Virus record (IMG/VR): IMGVR_UViG_3300021425_002620
Strand: one strand, 5' to 3'
Source of the DNA: a virus
Lineage: Duplodnaviria; Caudoviricetes
DNA length: 64,000 nt
Shown piece by piece: positions 11,301-19,294 of the stretch. Within the stretch, counting starts at the first letter, position 1; each line of letters starts with the position of its first letter. The notes beneath the pieces are model-generated. The model was given only the letters and a program-made list of their open reading frames with translations, was not told the DNA's origin and did not search any database. Made by a program: the position numbers and the translations under genes.

Positions 11301-14300
11301 GGAGATTTAGTAAGTATTTGTCCTTCCGGATCAAGCACACACATAAATCCACCGTGACCTTGAACTGTCATATTACGCAAAATTGTTGCATCATTCATTA
11401 AGAACACGTCTAAGTCTGTTGACAATTTTGCACAGTTATAGTTTGTTTCGTCAGTAGTAACTGCTGGCTCAATAGCAAAGTCAAGTAAAGATACTTGTTT
11501 GTCTAGTATTTCTGAGTCTGCATCAATACCGTCCTCAACAACAAGATTTGTGTTGATGTATTGAACAGGATGTCCTGCTCCTCTGTACGGCTGAACAAAA
11601 TTATCTACCCAAACTAGGTTGTTAACCATATCTTGCATCATTTGCAACATATTAATCAAAGAACCAGCAAGTACCTGATCTTCATCTGGATATTCTTGTA
11701 ACTCAAAGAAGATATTAGCCTGAGCTTCTAATACATTTAAATTTTCGCCTTCTCGCAAGTCTTTTGTAATAGCGTCTACCCAAGCACCGACATAATTTCT
11801 ATATCTATCTTTTGCTTGATCATTAAAACTAGGATTGAATACATTTATAAAGCCTGCAAAGTTTGCAGCAATTCTATACTCAATAAACGCAATAATTTCT
11901 TCTTGAATAAACTCTCTGTTCTTTTCAATTAGAGTTGCTGCATTTACATAGCTACCTGGATTATCAAAAGCAAGAGTACCTAATCTGTCAACGTTTTTAG
12001 GGGCACCTGGTTTAACTAGATAGTGTCGACCAAAGTAACCATCAACTTCACCTGTTAAAGGATTTGTGTATGCCTCGCCTGATGTTGGTAAGTTTGTATC
12101 AGCTATACCAGTAACACTAGTATTTGGATTACCAGTTAAGCCATCAAATTCTTGATCTCTATAGAAGTATGTAGAAGCCCAAGGTGACTGAGACGTTCTA
12201 CGACGTGGTCTTATGATAACACGTCTAAATTCATCACCAACTAATGATACATTTGGTGGAACTTTAATTGGATAGTCTTCGTAGTATGTGCCTGTTTCTA
12301 TCTTAATGGTAATATTTCTCTCGTTCACAATATTACCATACTCTAAATTTTCTCCAACAATAAACTCAATTGGTTTTAGTAGTTCCAATTCGACTCTGTC
12401 ATCATCGGAACCTGGATTATTAACAGCATCAGCACCTGTGTAATAAGAAATAATTCTACCTAGTGCTCCGGATGTCTTACCTCTAATAATTTTACCAACT
12501 CTTAAATCTCTGTTTTGCGGATTACCTTGATCAACAAAGCCTGATTCACTTACACCGTTTACAGTATTTGAGAAGAACATAACAAAACGTGTACCTGTAG
12601 TAGGAACATCACTTGCACTAAAGACTCCATTTTTAATAATGTTACGCTGTAATTGAAGTGTGCCAGAATCACCAGCAACAAATGCTAGATCGTCTAGATC
12701 TGGAACGTCTGCACCAAAACTTATGTACTGCTGGTCGTATATACTTTGATAAACAGGATCAACTTGTGATTGAATAATTATACTACCAACTAGTGATCTT
12801 GTTCTTTCAAGTAATGTAGCAAAGACTTCTTTAATTAAGCCAGCTTGTGACCTTCCATATTCGTCTTGATAGTATTCAATTGCTGCTCTATTTGATAAGA
12901 AGTTAACTGAGTTACCACTTAGATAATCAAGTGTTGATGCATTGATTGATTTAAGGAGCTCGTCTTCAGCTAATTTTACATCAAATACACGCCCTGTCCA
13001 GTCTACAACAATATCAGCAAGATTAGTTGTAACTTTGTTTGTTATTTGTGTTTGTGCCCATGCAATAACTTCTGCAATAATAAAGTCTATGTTAGCATCA
13101 ATAATAGTTTTTGTATTTTGTCTGTTAACATTGCCACCGACACTAATGCCGCCGGTTTGTACTCTTGATTTTTCAATTACTGGAGGAGAATTAGGATCAA
13201 TAGTTCTTGAACTAATAATATCCTGCATGTAAGGACCTGGCTCATATGACGATGCAATTTGTATTGCTTCTGCTTTTCTTGCTGCTGCGCCTAGTGTTCT
13301 ATATGCGTATGCTAATGATGCACCTTCTTTACCTGGAGGCGCAATCAACTGATCATCGTCACCTACTGTACTAACAAAAAGGTTAGCACTTGATTCTTGT
13401 GATTGACTATCAACATATAATTTTGAAACTGCTTGTAAGTCATCGTCGCCATTAGGAGATCCTGCACCTGCTAAATCACCTGGGTGATCATGCAAGATAA
13501 GAGCACCTTCCATTTTATCACCTTGTCGTCTAACAACACTTTCTCTTGGCATTACTTGCTTACGTAAGAAGAACCCTTCAAGAGTTTCATCATAGTTTGC
13601 ATCTTGTAATTTTAATTCTTGAGAATCGATAAGTGATAATTTAAGACGTAATCTTTCTCTATTTGCTACATCTGAATCCAATGCATCGGCAGCATTAAAC
13701 CAAAGTCCGATGTTGTTTACATCAATAACACCAATGTACACTGTGTCACCGTTTTGAACTTTGTTATAAATTAAATTTCCATCTTCGTCTGTATCTAAAG
13801 AACTCTGAGAAACAAATTGTTGTTCAGCTTCGTCAAAAACAGTTCTTGACCAATTTAGGCCAGCACCTGTTGTTTTAAAAATATATGGAGCGCCGTCAGA
13901 ACCTCTAGTTAGTCCGTGTGCTGTGACATTAGCTCTATTATCACCTGTTAAAACACTAAAACTAAATTCGTAGTCTACTTGATCTGCAGGTTCTTCTGGA
14001 ACATTAATTGTTTCGCCTGGCAATTGGCGTGGAATATATGATTTATCAGCAAACTTTTTATCAATTACAATATCATCAACTGAAAGAGCAGTACCGTGTA
14101 CGTTGTTAAACGCAGAAATATTTGCAGTATCAACATTAGCAATAACTTGTCCAGCAGCATTTAAAGGACCACCTAGTGTTGGTGCTGGATCAGTAATCAA
14201 TCTAACATTAGCAATACTAAGAATAAGTTTACCATCAACAGATACATCAAATTGAATAGTGTCTACAGCACCCTCACCAAAGGCGCTGTCCGATGCTAGT

Positions 14301-14545
14301 TCAGATATTCTAATTCCTGTAGCGTCTTGTTTTACTACGGGTATAAATGCTTTTACTCCGCCGCCTTCAAACTCGTCTAAGGTGTCTGGTGTATCAGACA
14401 AACTAGTAAAACTAATTTGGCCACCTTTACCTACAACTGCATATATTTCTCTGAAGTTTTCGTTTACCTTACGAAACGACTCGCGGACGCTATCACCGGT
14501 TCCGTCATTACCTTCAACGCCGATATCTACTTCTTGTCTTGCCAT
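5351..14545 (-). CDS. Giant virion structural protein (3064 aa), baseplate/tail-fibre type
   Basis: N-terminal DIGVEGNDGTGDSVR motif typical of T4-like baseplate/fibre proteins; C-terminal YADLAENY...GTVLVFGG...LQGRVPCKV...IGKAV domain found at the end of large phage structural proteins. Confidence 0.8.
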   Translation of the reverse strand: MARQEVDIGVEGNDGTGDSVRESFRKVNENFREIYAVVGKGGQISFTSLSDTPDTLDEFEGGGVKAFIPVVKQDATGIRISELASDSAFGEGAVDTIQFDVSVDGKLILSIANVRLITDPAPTLGGPLNAAGQVIANVDTANISAFNNVHGTALSVDDIVIDKKFADKSYIPRQLPGETINVPEEPADQVDYEFSFSVLTGDNRANVTAHGLTRGSDGAPYIFKTTGAGLNWSRTVFDEAEQQFVSQSSLDTDEDGNLIYNKVQNGDTVYIGVIDVNNIGLWFNAADALDSDVANRERLRLKLSLIDSQELKLQDANYDETLEGFFLRKQVMPRESVVRRQGDKMEGALILHDHPGDLAGAGSPNGDDDLQAVSKLYVDSQSQESSANLFVSTVGDDDQLIAPPGKEGASLAYAYRTLGAAARKAEAIQIASSYEPGPYMQDIISSRTIDPNSPPVIEKSRVQTGGISVGGNVNRQNTKTIIDANIDFIIAEVIAWAQTQITNKVTTNLADIVVDWTGRVFDVKLAEDELLKSINASTLDYLSGNSVNFLSNRAAIEYYQDEYGRSQAGLIKEVFATLLERTRSLVGSIIIQSQVDPVYQSIYDQQYISFGADVPDLDDLAFVAGDSGTLQLQRNIIKNGVFSASDVPTTGTRFVMFFSNTVNGVSESGFVDQGNPQNRDLRVGKIIRGKTSGALGRIISYYTGADAVNNPGSDDDRVELELLKPIEFIVGENLEYGNIVNERNITIKIETGTYYEDYPIKVPPNVSLVGDEFRRVIIRPRRRTSQSPWASTYFYRDQEFDGLTGNPNTSVTGIADTNLPTSGEAYTNPLTGEVDGYFGRHYLVKPGAPKNVDRLGTLAFDNPGSYVNAATLIEKNREFIQEEIIAFIEYRIAANFAGFINVFNPSFNDQAKDRYRNYVGAWVDAITKDLREGENLNVLEAQANIFFELQEYPDEDQVLAGSLINMLQMMQDMVNNLVWVDNFVQPYRGAGHPVQYINTNLVVEDGIDADSEILDKQVSLLDFAIEPAVTTDETNYNCAKLSTDLDVFLMNDATILRNMTVQGHGGFMCVLDPEGQILTKSPYIQTGSSFSQTLNRQAFRGGMLVDAFCANTPMKVTSKINNFRLRVEAEKNSGLYIRKPQTPAPFYIDGIRYQVNDIIEYDRGGINGPATATLVLDARSGKINPDNVTEFLGFEPDPTNIVLYPDGYDITLQTAGNRSQLGNDFTQVNDLGYGLVTINGGLSEMVSMFTYYCHTAYYAGNGGQIRSVAGSNANGVYGLVSEGSDPNEVPDDVVSTNDMVQGAVTFSAQVVLTLTTEQTVAVDDIITCSNNTGSGTVIFPTVGNQIFLKDVTGTYAVGEEIIINGTPAAGVDIAILDTTSYENKEESLAIHLYEIEHIPTNKGEIEYYHFDGATPLDRIARYELANIEVVDEITVDGYRIDCADLGPSGSPTAFGEYDPANRTIDETDPVTAVTEAQIIITKVRAEGGKYNVAIFNNEKGEHYKVGDTFTIKGSKLGGTDGAAPNHDATVTVTRINQSRENFDLGINTGSIRSLSISGDINIIPGYTPLRNGQVYKANFSTSNDTFDNDGLLADIPTGQYLTIRQNNTHTFSEIESTGDLTIRPSTAINFQEDFAYTYRSISFGSNDSAGGELDIDQSLVGFDSGYDYIRLNVARERIDLTPADFDGAQISIPINGTTLGNTTGDVSIAINKLTEIRDIWRINNNFLTDANYRPSGLTDGSRNYDFTGELPKVIVWNGKKHYVYNYREFVFNDTTNLYNDQRKVYNENHLFAVVDLKEIEEVKLTFDLVDVNGEDVPLRTTFPRIVSYLGGISEARIRQVGNQTAWGVVKIAGNRADEIKLYEWSGVNFNTTGALEVWEGDPADPDPATGSWTAMVDQNGDPVIPSAQIIRESNITNQATGIVRPLTQGFSGTITLRAGLQDGSPATITIDISTCRATGHDFLDIGTGSFNQSNYPNVILGFPSTQPLQENEIQERNKGRVFYVSTDQDGFFRVGRFFTVDQGTGTVTFAASIALSDVDGIGFKRGVVVTEFSTDSAMSDNADDTVPTESAVRGYVSRRLGYDQAGNSVPNPLGPSVITQNGAVPMLGNLKMNGNTIENIAPVDINSTPGTTAVNRDYVDLQTQEYAVATSLRDVENEGATTNEFLGFTNTKTIYISSETSELGVNATFGIGKYLTDVTGSQNFGKIVGNYSKLDISIGNVIVVSFEAGPDSYNVVTPDENPTPIYDGDGTFDVDGNLTGITTSGTRNGLVITGPFAEMINISEEPFVDDGQGGTQPVSDISLTTRRLENDDQAGTPTILDTPTAYFDMQINPEVIVNADVNIAADIEQSKLYLQEADNFVTVQTDIPTESIADIVQGYTYQIVSLGDTTQTQWNNAAGTTGDTYVANQTFVAVLTGVGATTTGTVKRVISTSTLPKGTVTRQNNQAELGLSTFDFANFRVTRGYVQLKNNGITLDKIKKIGSDTVLGNSAASSANVAEVTFDTVVDEGNGLQHDNFNTVDINGDLASPADYATAGIMERTGNDSYRVAPFTTAGAKNSVVKTDTNSGITADSYKIGTGSSPTVLTTTTADGLKLSNIQGGLILSAAGDMTADGFGPDVKIPGNVNIGKMGDPNEISASSLTASTMYEILSLGDDVGQTPTNWNNCVAAADQRSANGDWKVGDTFIANNTGNGDGTVQVANNFTRSTLQEASEIAATSPFIAADWMYTSFIETPREKGLASTGIALGNGAAGGGEGQIGFVVGDSSNNTVKIPFTFDSTGTFPDLDSTYDIGTDDNRYKTLYVDDIEITNGFQVGSATEITDNAGNIDTLYYIASKGSTDWGAKTGNNPTTAAAASGDLIRITNTGNNGSGTLDSYKIILNEETGDAWFANDALIGGDVIANNILNRGNDGTNTVGTASKKFQAMYATTFYGTATQAQYADLAENYLGDAEYESGTVLVFGGDAEVTVTNTKGDHRVAGVVTTNPAYLMNSHLEGDHVTGIALQGRVPCKVIGKVSKGDMLVTSAIPGYAMVDNNPSIGRVIGKAVGTKDDDGKGIVEVVVGRV

Positions 14546-14546
14546 T

Positions 14547-14924
14547 TTATTTGAGCTCCAAAATTTGTATGTTGTCTTCTAATGACTGATTGTTGAAATT
14601 AACACTCACTCCACAGCCACATGCACTTTGTGCATTAGGATTGTTTACAACAAACTGTTGTGCAAACACGTCTGTAGTGTAATCAATTTCACTACCAAAT
14701 AAGTACATTAAACTCATAGAATCAATAACTAAATTACCTTGACCACAGTCAATAATTTCATCATTAACACCTACTTTGTCTTTATCGATCATATCCCATT
14801 CGTATTCAAACCCTGCACAACCTCCGCCTTTTAAGCCTAAATGCACACCAAAACTATCAGGTTTTGCTTTACAAAGTTCAATTATTTTGCTTTTTGCAGC
14901 TTCAGTAAGGGTAACTACGAACAA
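14547..14924 (-). CDS. iscA: HesB/IscA-family Fe-S cluster assembly accessory protein
   Basis: LKGGGCAGFEY and NPNAQSACGCGVS motifs. Confidence 0.9.
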   Translation of the reverse strand: MFVVTLTEAAKSKIIELCKAKPDSFGVHLGLKGGGCAGFEYEWDMIDKDKVGVNDEIIDCGQGNLVIDSMSLMYLFGSEIDYTTDVFAQQFVVNNPNAQSACGCGVSVNFNNQSLEDNIQILELK

Positions 14925-14985
14925 TATGGTCTCCTAATTTAATGTATTTATCGATCTGTTTTATAATCTTAATGTAAATATAGTT

Positions 14986-15273
14986 ATGTTTATAAAAGAA
15001 ATTTCAATTAGAGAGCGGCATCAAAGACGTAGTAAAAACGGTCATATGCACAATTACTACAGAGACAAAAGAGTAGTAATACTAAGATGTGATAATTGTG
15101 ATACTGAATTTGAAAGAGAACGTGGAAAAATGGATCCAAAACGTCTAAACAACAATTACTTTCACGTATGTAATAATTGCGATAGTAAGAAGTTTGCTCA
15201 GAAAAAGGGAGTAGAACGAAAACAAGTATGGAACTTGCCTGCGAGCTCTGATCTCCCTATTAGTAAGTTGTGA
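14986..15273 (+). CDS. Hypothetical protein with two CxxC pairs (zinc-binding)
   Basis: CDNC and CNNC motifs; late box GTAAATA 5 nt before ATG. Confidence 0.7.
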   Translation: MFIKEISIRERHQRRSKNGHMHNYYRDKRVVILRCDNCDTEFERERGKMDPKRLNNNYFHVCNNCDSKKFAQKKGVERKQVWNLPASSDLPISKL

Positions 15274-15441
15274 TTATTTTTCTTTTTTGAACATAGTCCA
15301 TGCACCATATGCAATAGCGCCATATGCTACGAGACTTGCGATTGGCTTAAAGATTAAGAACGCAATACCAGCACCTACCAATACAGCACCGTCTAATGTA
15401 GTACGTTCGCCTAGTCTATCAACAATAAATTTCTTAACCAT
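15274..15441 (-). CDS. Small membrane protein (55 aa, MVKKFIVDRLGERTTLDGAVLVGAG...)
   Basis: Hand-translated; AGGAG SD, two hydrophobic segments, late box at 15463-15469. Confidence 0.7.
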   Translation of the reverse strand: MVKKFIVDRLGERTTLDGAVLVGAGIAFLIFKPIASLVAYGAIAYGAWTMFKKEK

Positions 15442-15462
15442 TTTTAATCTCCTGTTGTATTA

Positions 15463-15475
15463 TATTTAGTAAATA
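15463..15475. promoter_or_regulatory. Back-to-back T4-like late promoters (TATTTA-G-TAAATA)
   Basis: Perfect inverted repeat of the TAAATA box between divergent genes 15441(-) and 15499(+). Confidence 0.65.
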
Positions 15476-15498
15476 ATTGTTCCTATAGGAGGAAAATT

Positions 15499-15777
15499 AT
15501 GATAAATTGGTTAAAGAAACTTTTAGGTATTGGAACTTCAGATCCAGTTGTGCCAGCAGCAGAGCCTGCACCAGCTGTAGAGAAAAAGGTATCTAAGCCT
15601 AAAACTACTAAAAAATCCTCTGCCAAGTCTACCAAGAAAAAAGGCTCAGGCAAAGGTTGCGATTTTGATAAGTTAACTAAAACTCAACTTCTTAAAGAAG
15701 CAAAGCATAGAGGCGTTCCTGCCAATGCAAGTCTTAAGAAGGATGAAATTTTAGCTAGACTTAAGAGCGCGAAATAG
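15499..15777 (+). CDS. Lys-rich small protein with C-terminal Rho-N/HeH-like helix pair
   Basis: FDKLTKTQLLKEAKHRGVPANASLKKDEILARL; GGAGG SD. Confidence 0.65.
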   Translation: MINWLKKLLGIGTSDPVVPAAEPAPAVEKKVSKPKTTKKSSAKSTKKKGSGKGCDFDKLTKTQLLKEAKHRGVPANASLKKDEILARLKSAK

Positions 15778-16051
15778 CAGACTGTAATTGACTAATTGCA
15801 GTTTCTTGGCGAGCGAGCTTACGTTCTAAAACGTTTATAGCCGCTCGCTGTTTTTTTGACTGTTCTTCTAGTGATCGCACATATTGAAGTGTAGGAAGTT
15901 CTTGGCTTGAACCATCTTCTCCTAACATAGTGATAGTATCTACACCTTGAGCACGAAGCCCACCAGTAACACGATTTGGATTTTTATCAGATGATGATTG
16001 GGTCTGGTCCGTAGGCTTTTTGCGCCCGTACATTTGATTCAAATAGTTCAT
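15761..16051 (-). CDS. Hypothetical coiled-coil protein (likely start MNYLNQMYG)
   Basis: Perfect TATAAATA at 16072-16079 and AAGGA SD before ATG 16051. Confidence 0.65.
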   Translation of the reverse strand: MNYLNQMYGRKKPTDQTQSSSDKNPNRVTGGLRAQGVDTITMLGEDGSSQELPTLQYVRSLEEQSKKQRAAINVLERKLARQETAISQLQSAISRS

Positions 16052-17117
16052 AATCTTCCTTTGCGTCTTTGTATTTATATAAGTCAATGCTTGCAAGATT
16101 CTTGCATTTAGACTCGACCATGATGTCTGCATAGTCTAAAAATTCTAATGCCCAATCATTTACAGCATCATTCCACATATAATCAGAATGTGCTCTTAGT
16201 TTAGCTTTTTTGTATCCTTGTTCAAGTAATGCACCCATGTCTGGTCGTATATTTGAATTAAAACCTGTGAGTACATCTTCACGGCTAACACTGTAATGAA
16301 TGACAGGACGCACACCGCGCCAACTATCGATAACACGTTCAAAGCGTTCATCATTAGGTTCAATATATTCTCCTTCCCTACACCAATGATGGTGTATGTC
16401 TAGCACCAAAGCGAGATCGTCTGCAAGCTCAAGGCTGTGTTCGAGTCCCCATTTGTTTTCGTCGTTTTCGATTGTAATACAGTTTCTTGCCTCCGGCGAG
16501 AGGCGTTTAAGTGCGTCTTTGATACCGGCTGGACCTTTGCGGCCTGAGATGTGTACGTTGCACTTGAAGTCTTGGAACTTGCGTCCATAACCCATCCAGC
16601 GGATGACATCGGTGTGATATTCAAATTCTTCTATGCTCCTCTCAACAATTTCCGGATTATCTGAGGCAAGTACAGTAAATTGTCCCGGATGCATTGATAG
16701 TCGGACATCGAGTGCTCTTGCTGTTTCTCCAACTTTTGCAAATTCTTTGTCGCAATATTCAATAACATCTGGCTTGCGCCAAAAATAACACCAAGTAGGC
16801 TCGGTATAAACAGGAAGTACATCACTACCCAATCTGACCATTCTAAGTTGAGGGGGAAGACTTCCAACATACTCAATCAACCTTTTGTATGACGCAATGT
16901 TATGGACCATAATGTCCCACAAGCGTTCTTCAGCAACATCACGTGTCTGTCTGTTGAGCCACTGTACTGTTGTGCTACGAGTATTTAGCGGACGTTGTAT
17001 TTCCTCTAGTAACTTTTTCTTTTGTGTTTGATCAGGATGCATGTACTTACATGCAAAACCGATACGTTTTTGTGTCTGCGACATATAGTCTCCGCAAGTT
17101 GTAAATTTCAAATCCAT
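15987..17117 (-). CDS. uvsE: UV-damage endonuclease UvsE/UvdE
   Basis: RLGSDVLP, RLSMHPGQFTVLAS, TIENDE, VLDIHHHW, HYS, RAHSDY and MVESKCK motifs; start could be 17117 or slightly downstream. Confidence 0.9.
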   Translation of the reverse strand: MDLKFTTCGDYMSQTQKRIGFACKYMHPDQTQKKKLLEEIQRPLNTRSTTVQWLNRQTRDVAEERLWDIMVHNIASYKRLIEYVGSLPPQLRMVRLGSDVLPVYTEPTWCYFWRKPDVIEYCDKEFAKVGETARALDVRLSMHPGQFTVLASDNPEIVERSIEEFEYHTDVIRWMGYGRKFQDFKCNVHISGRKGPAGIKDALKRLSPEARNCITIENDENKWGLEHSLELADDLALVLDIHHHWCREGEYIEPNDERFERVIDSWRGVRPVIHYSVSREDVLTGFNSNIRPDMGALLEQGYKKAKLRAHSDYMWNDAVNDWALEFLDYADIMVESKCKNLASIDLYKYKDAKEDYELFESNVRAQKAYGPDPIII

Positions 17118-17127
17118 TATAACACCT

Positions 17128-17841
17128 TTATTTCCAATTGTCAATCACCCAATCATCGTTACATTCTCGAGGATTAGGTTGTCCGTGAAATACTGCTATG
17201 CTTGTATCTTTCTTAATGTACGGATGTCCTTTTTCAGCAAATGTTCGAACTCCGTCTATTCTAGTTATCTTTGCCATGTTGCGCATTTCCCACTTATAAC
17301 TTTGTGCCCAACTGTCAGGATACAATTGATATAAATGATTACCTTTTATAACTTGTTCGTAGATATAATCTTGATCGCCGTGATGTAATCTTATGTGCTT
17401 GCGAGGATCTTTAATAAAATTTTCATAAACGTAAGAATGACTGCCGACTTCTAATCTAAAAATGCTGCTGTTAAACTTAGGCCAATCGGGGCGCATTTTT
17501 CTTGTAAAGTCTCTAAGTATACAAAACTTGTTAGGATACACATCATAAAATTTGCCAATGTCATTAAAGATTATGACGTCTAGGTCTGAATATAATATTG
17601 TACCTTGAGTAGGTAAATCAGGTTTAAAAAATAAAGGCTTGTACCACCAACCTGTTACATTGCCAACAAATGGTAAATCAAAAGTTTCAATATCTTTATT
17701 AATATTATTTCTGTTATCGGTGTAACAAGCAAAACGAACATCACTAGGTGCATTTCGTTTGAACATAGAATGCAGAGTATTCACATACTCTGCATCATAC
17801 TTAGTTCCGTGCTTTAAGCATACGAACCAGCGGTCTTGCAT
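17128..17841 (-). CDS. Glycosyltransferase-like protein
   Basis: CLKHGTKY..EYVN, YSDLDVII (DxD), FNSS, HGDQDYI, VFHGQPNP. Confidence 0.7.
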   Translation of the reverse strand: MQDRWFVCLKHGTKYDAEYVNTLHSMFKRNAPSDVRFACYTDNRNNINKDIETFDLPFVGNVTGWWYKPLFFKPDLPTQGTILYSDLDVIIFNDIGKFYDVYPNKFCILRDFTRKMRPDWPKFNSSIFRLEVGSHSYVYENFIKDPRKHIRLHHGDQDYIYEQVIKGNHLYQLYPDSWAQSYKWEMRNMAKITRIDGVRTFAEKGHPYIKKDTSIAVFHGQPNPRECNDDWVIDNWK

Positions 17842-18291
17842 TTATGCCTCGTAGATAGCTGAGTTTGCTCCGTGTTCTGCACACTCGACTCGTACACAAT
17901 AACAACGATTGTCTGTTGCTTCACGTATAAGTTTGTCTGCAAAGTTAAATGCGTGTTCAGCAAACTTCTCTGCTCCTACACCATCAAAAACACGAATCTC
18001 TGCTAGATCCATTTCTTCAAGTTCACGCATCTTATCTAAATGCGGATCATTTTTATCAACTGCTACTTTGTGATCGAAGTGATCCTCTAACCAAGCCTTC
18101 AAAGGTTTTAGTCCTCCAAAGTCTACTGCCCAGTTTTTGTTGTCTAAGTGATCACAACCAAATGTAAATGTAAATGCTAGACTGTAACCGTGTAGTAAAT
18201 GACAGTGTGAATGATCTGCGTTTGGTTGACGGAACACTGCTGATAAGCCAATGTTGTGTCCGTAATGTTTAGTGCTTAAATGTCTTGCCAT
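17842..18291 (-). CDS. queD: 6-carboxytetrahydropterin synthase (QueD/PTPS family)
   Basis: CHLLHGYS, NWAVDFGGLK, FDHKV motifs; AGGAG SD before ATG 18291. Confidence 0.85.
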   Translation of the reverse strand: MARHLSTKHYGHNIGLSAVFRQPNADHSHCHLLHGYSLAFTFTFGCDHLDNKNWAVDFGGLKPLKAWLEDHFDHKVAVDKNDPHLDKMRELEEMDLAEIRVFDGVGAEKFAEHAFNFADKLIREATDNRCYCVRVECAEHGANSAIYEA

Positions 18292-18352
18292 ATATTTTCT
18301 CCTATAAATATGTGGCGGCAGAATTAGAAGGGTTGACGCCAAGTCCTATTAG

Positions 18353-18952
18353 TTAGTCTTTATTATATATGATATTACTTATATTGTCAACCTTTACATT
18401 AGGATAATTCCAGGCTGTTGGCATTTCCCAATTGTCGGTTTGATATATAACAAACTGAATTTTAGGAAAACAGTTAAAAATCATACCTGTTTGATGTATC
18501 CAATATCTTGGATCTACTGCTCTTTTATTAGATATCGAATAGTTAGGTGTGTTTTTATAGATGTTATTAACAAGTTTGTCTTTACTGTATAGGTCAAAAC
18601 CTATTAGATTGACAAATCCTTCTTTTGCATACATTGCAGCAATAAGTATAGCATACGGTCCGCTACCCCAATGAAAGGGTTCGTCTGCTCTTTCGTCACC
18701 TTTATAAGGCAATGGCGGAACTGGACGAACACGTTCTGCTATAAATCTATCATACCAATCAGATCTTGTATATAGTAATGTGCCTTTGCCATTTACGTTT
18801 GCTCGCAAACATTCTGACATCATACGTTTATCAACACATACTAGATAATCAGTGTAGTAATCTCTCCATAGGGCATTACACCCTACTTTTGGACCTTCGA
18901 GAAGATCAATCTTGATCGGAGTCCGGCTCTCTCCGTTGCCTATTGCCCACAT
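18353..18952 (-). CDS. Hypothetical protein, glycosyl/sialyl-transferase-like fold
   Basis: AIGNGESR...VGCNAL...LVCVD and LIGFDL motifs. Confidence 0.55.
   Translation of the reverse strand: MWAIGNGESRTPIKIDLLEGPKVGCNALWRDYYTDYLVCVDKRMMSECLRANVNGKGTLLYTRSDWYDRFIAERVRPVPPLPYKGDERADEPFHWGSGPYAILIAAMYAKEGFVNLIGFDLYSKDKLVNNIYKNTPNYSISNKRAVDPRYWIHQTGMIFNCFPKIQFVIYQTDNWEMPTAWNYPNVKVDNISNIIYNKD
18362..18390 (-). promoter_or_regulatory. Sigma70-type early promoter for queD
   Basis: TTGACA-N17-TATAAT. Confidence 0.75.
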
Positions 18953-19220
18953 CTTTTTTTATCTCGCTTAGTTCATTTTTTATTGCTTCAAAATTACTCT
19001 CTACTCTGTGAGAACATTTTATCATATATACTATTTTACTTATCGCCCACCACCACCAGAATACACTGGTTGCGACAAATGTAACAGCGATTATGACTGA
19101 TGTAGGTGCTGTATCAAAGCCTAGTAGTTTTTCGCCTATAAGGATGGCTAGTGCGACAAATGGTAGTGTCCACGCCGCATAACGCCAGTATTGTGCCTGT
19201 TTTTCTGTTTTTTTATACAT
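18906..19220 (-). CDS. Membrane protein (2 TM)
   Basis: Two hydrophobic helices, WWWW, C-terminal coiled coil. Confidence 0.6.
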   Translation of the reverse strand: MYKKTEKQAQYWRYAAWTLPFVALAILIGEKLLGFDTAPTSVIIAVTFVATSVFWWWWAISKIVYMIKCSHRVESNFEAIKNELSEIKKDVGNRQRREPDSDQD

Positions 19221-19294
19221 AGATTTCCCTTTCTAGAAACTTAGTGTTCTAGCACAAATATTTATAGTGATTATTGTTAGGATTATGTTTAGTT

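Noticed and set aside
1386-14582. Many plus-strand ORFs (60-140 aa) opposite the structural genes, and similar ones opposite ligase, dnaK, guaC and 56783..58606
   Set aside because: Antisense shadows of long minus-strand genes; no SD, no motifs, Ser/Pro-rich composition.
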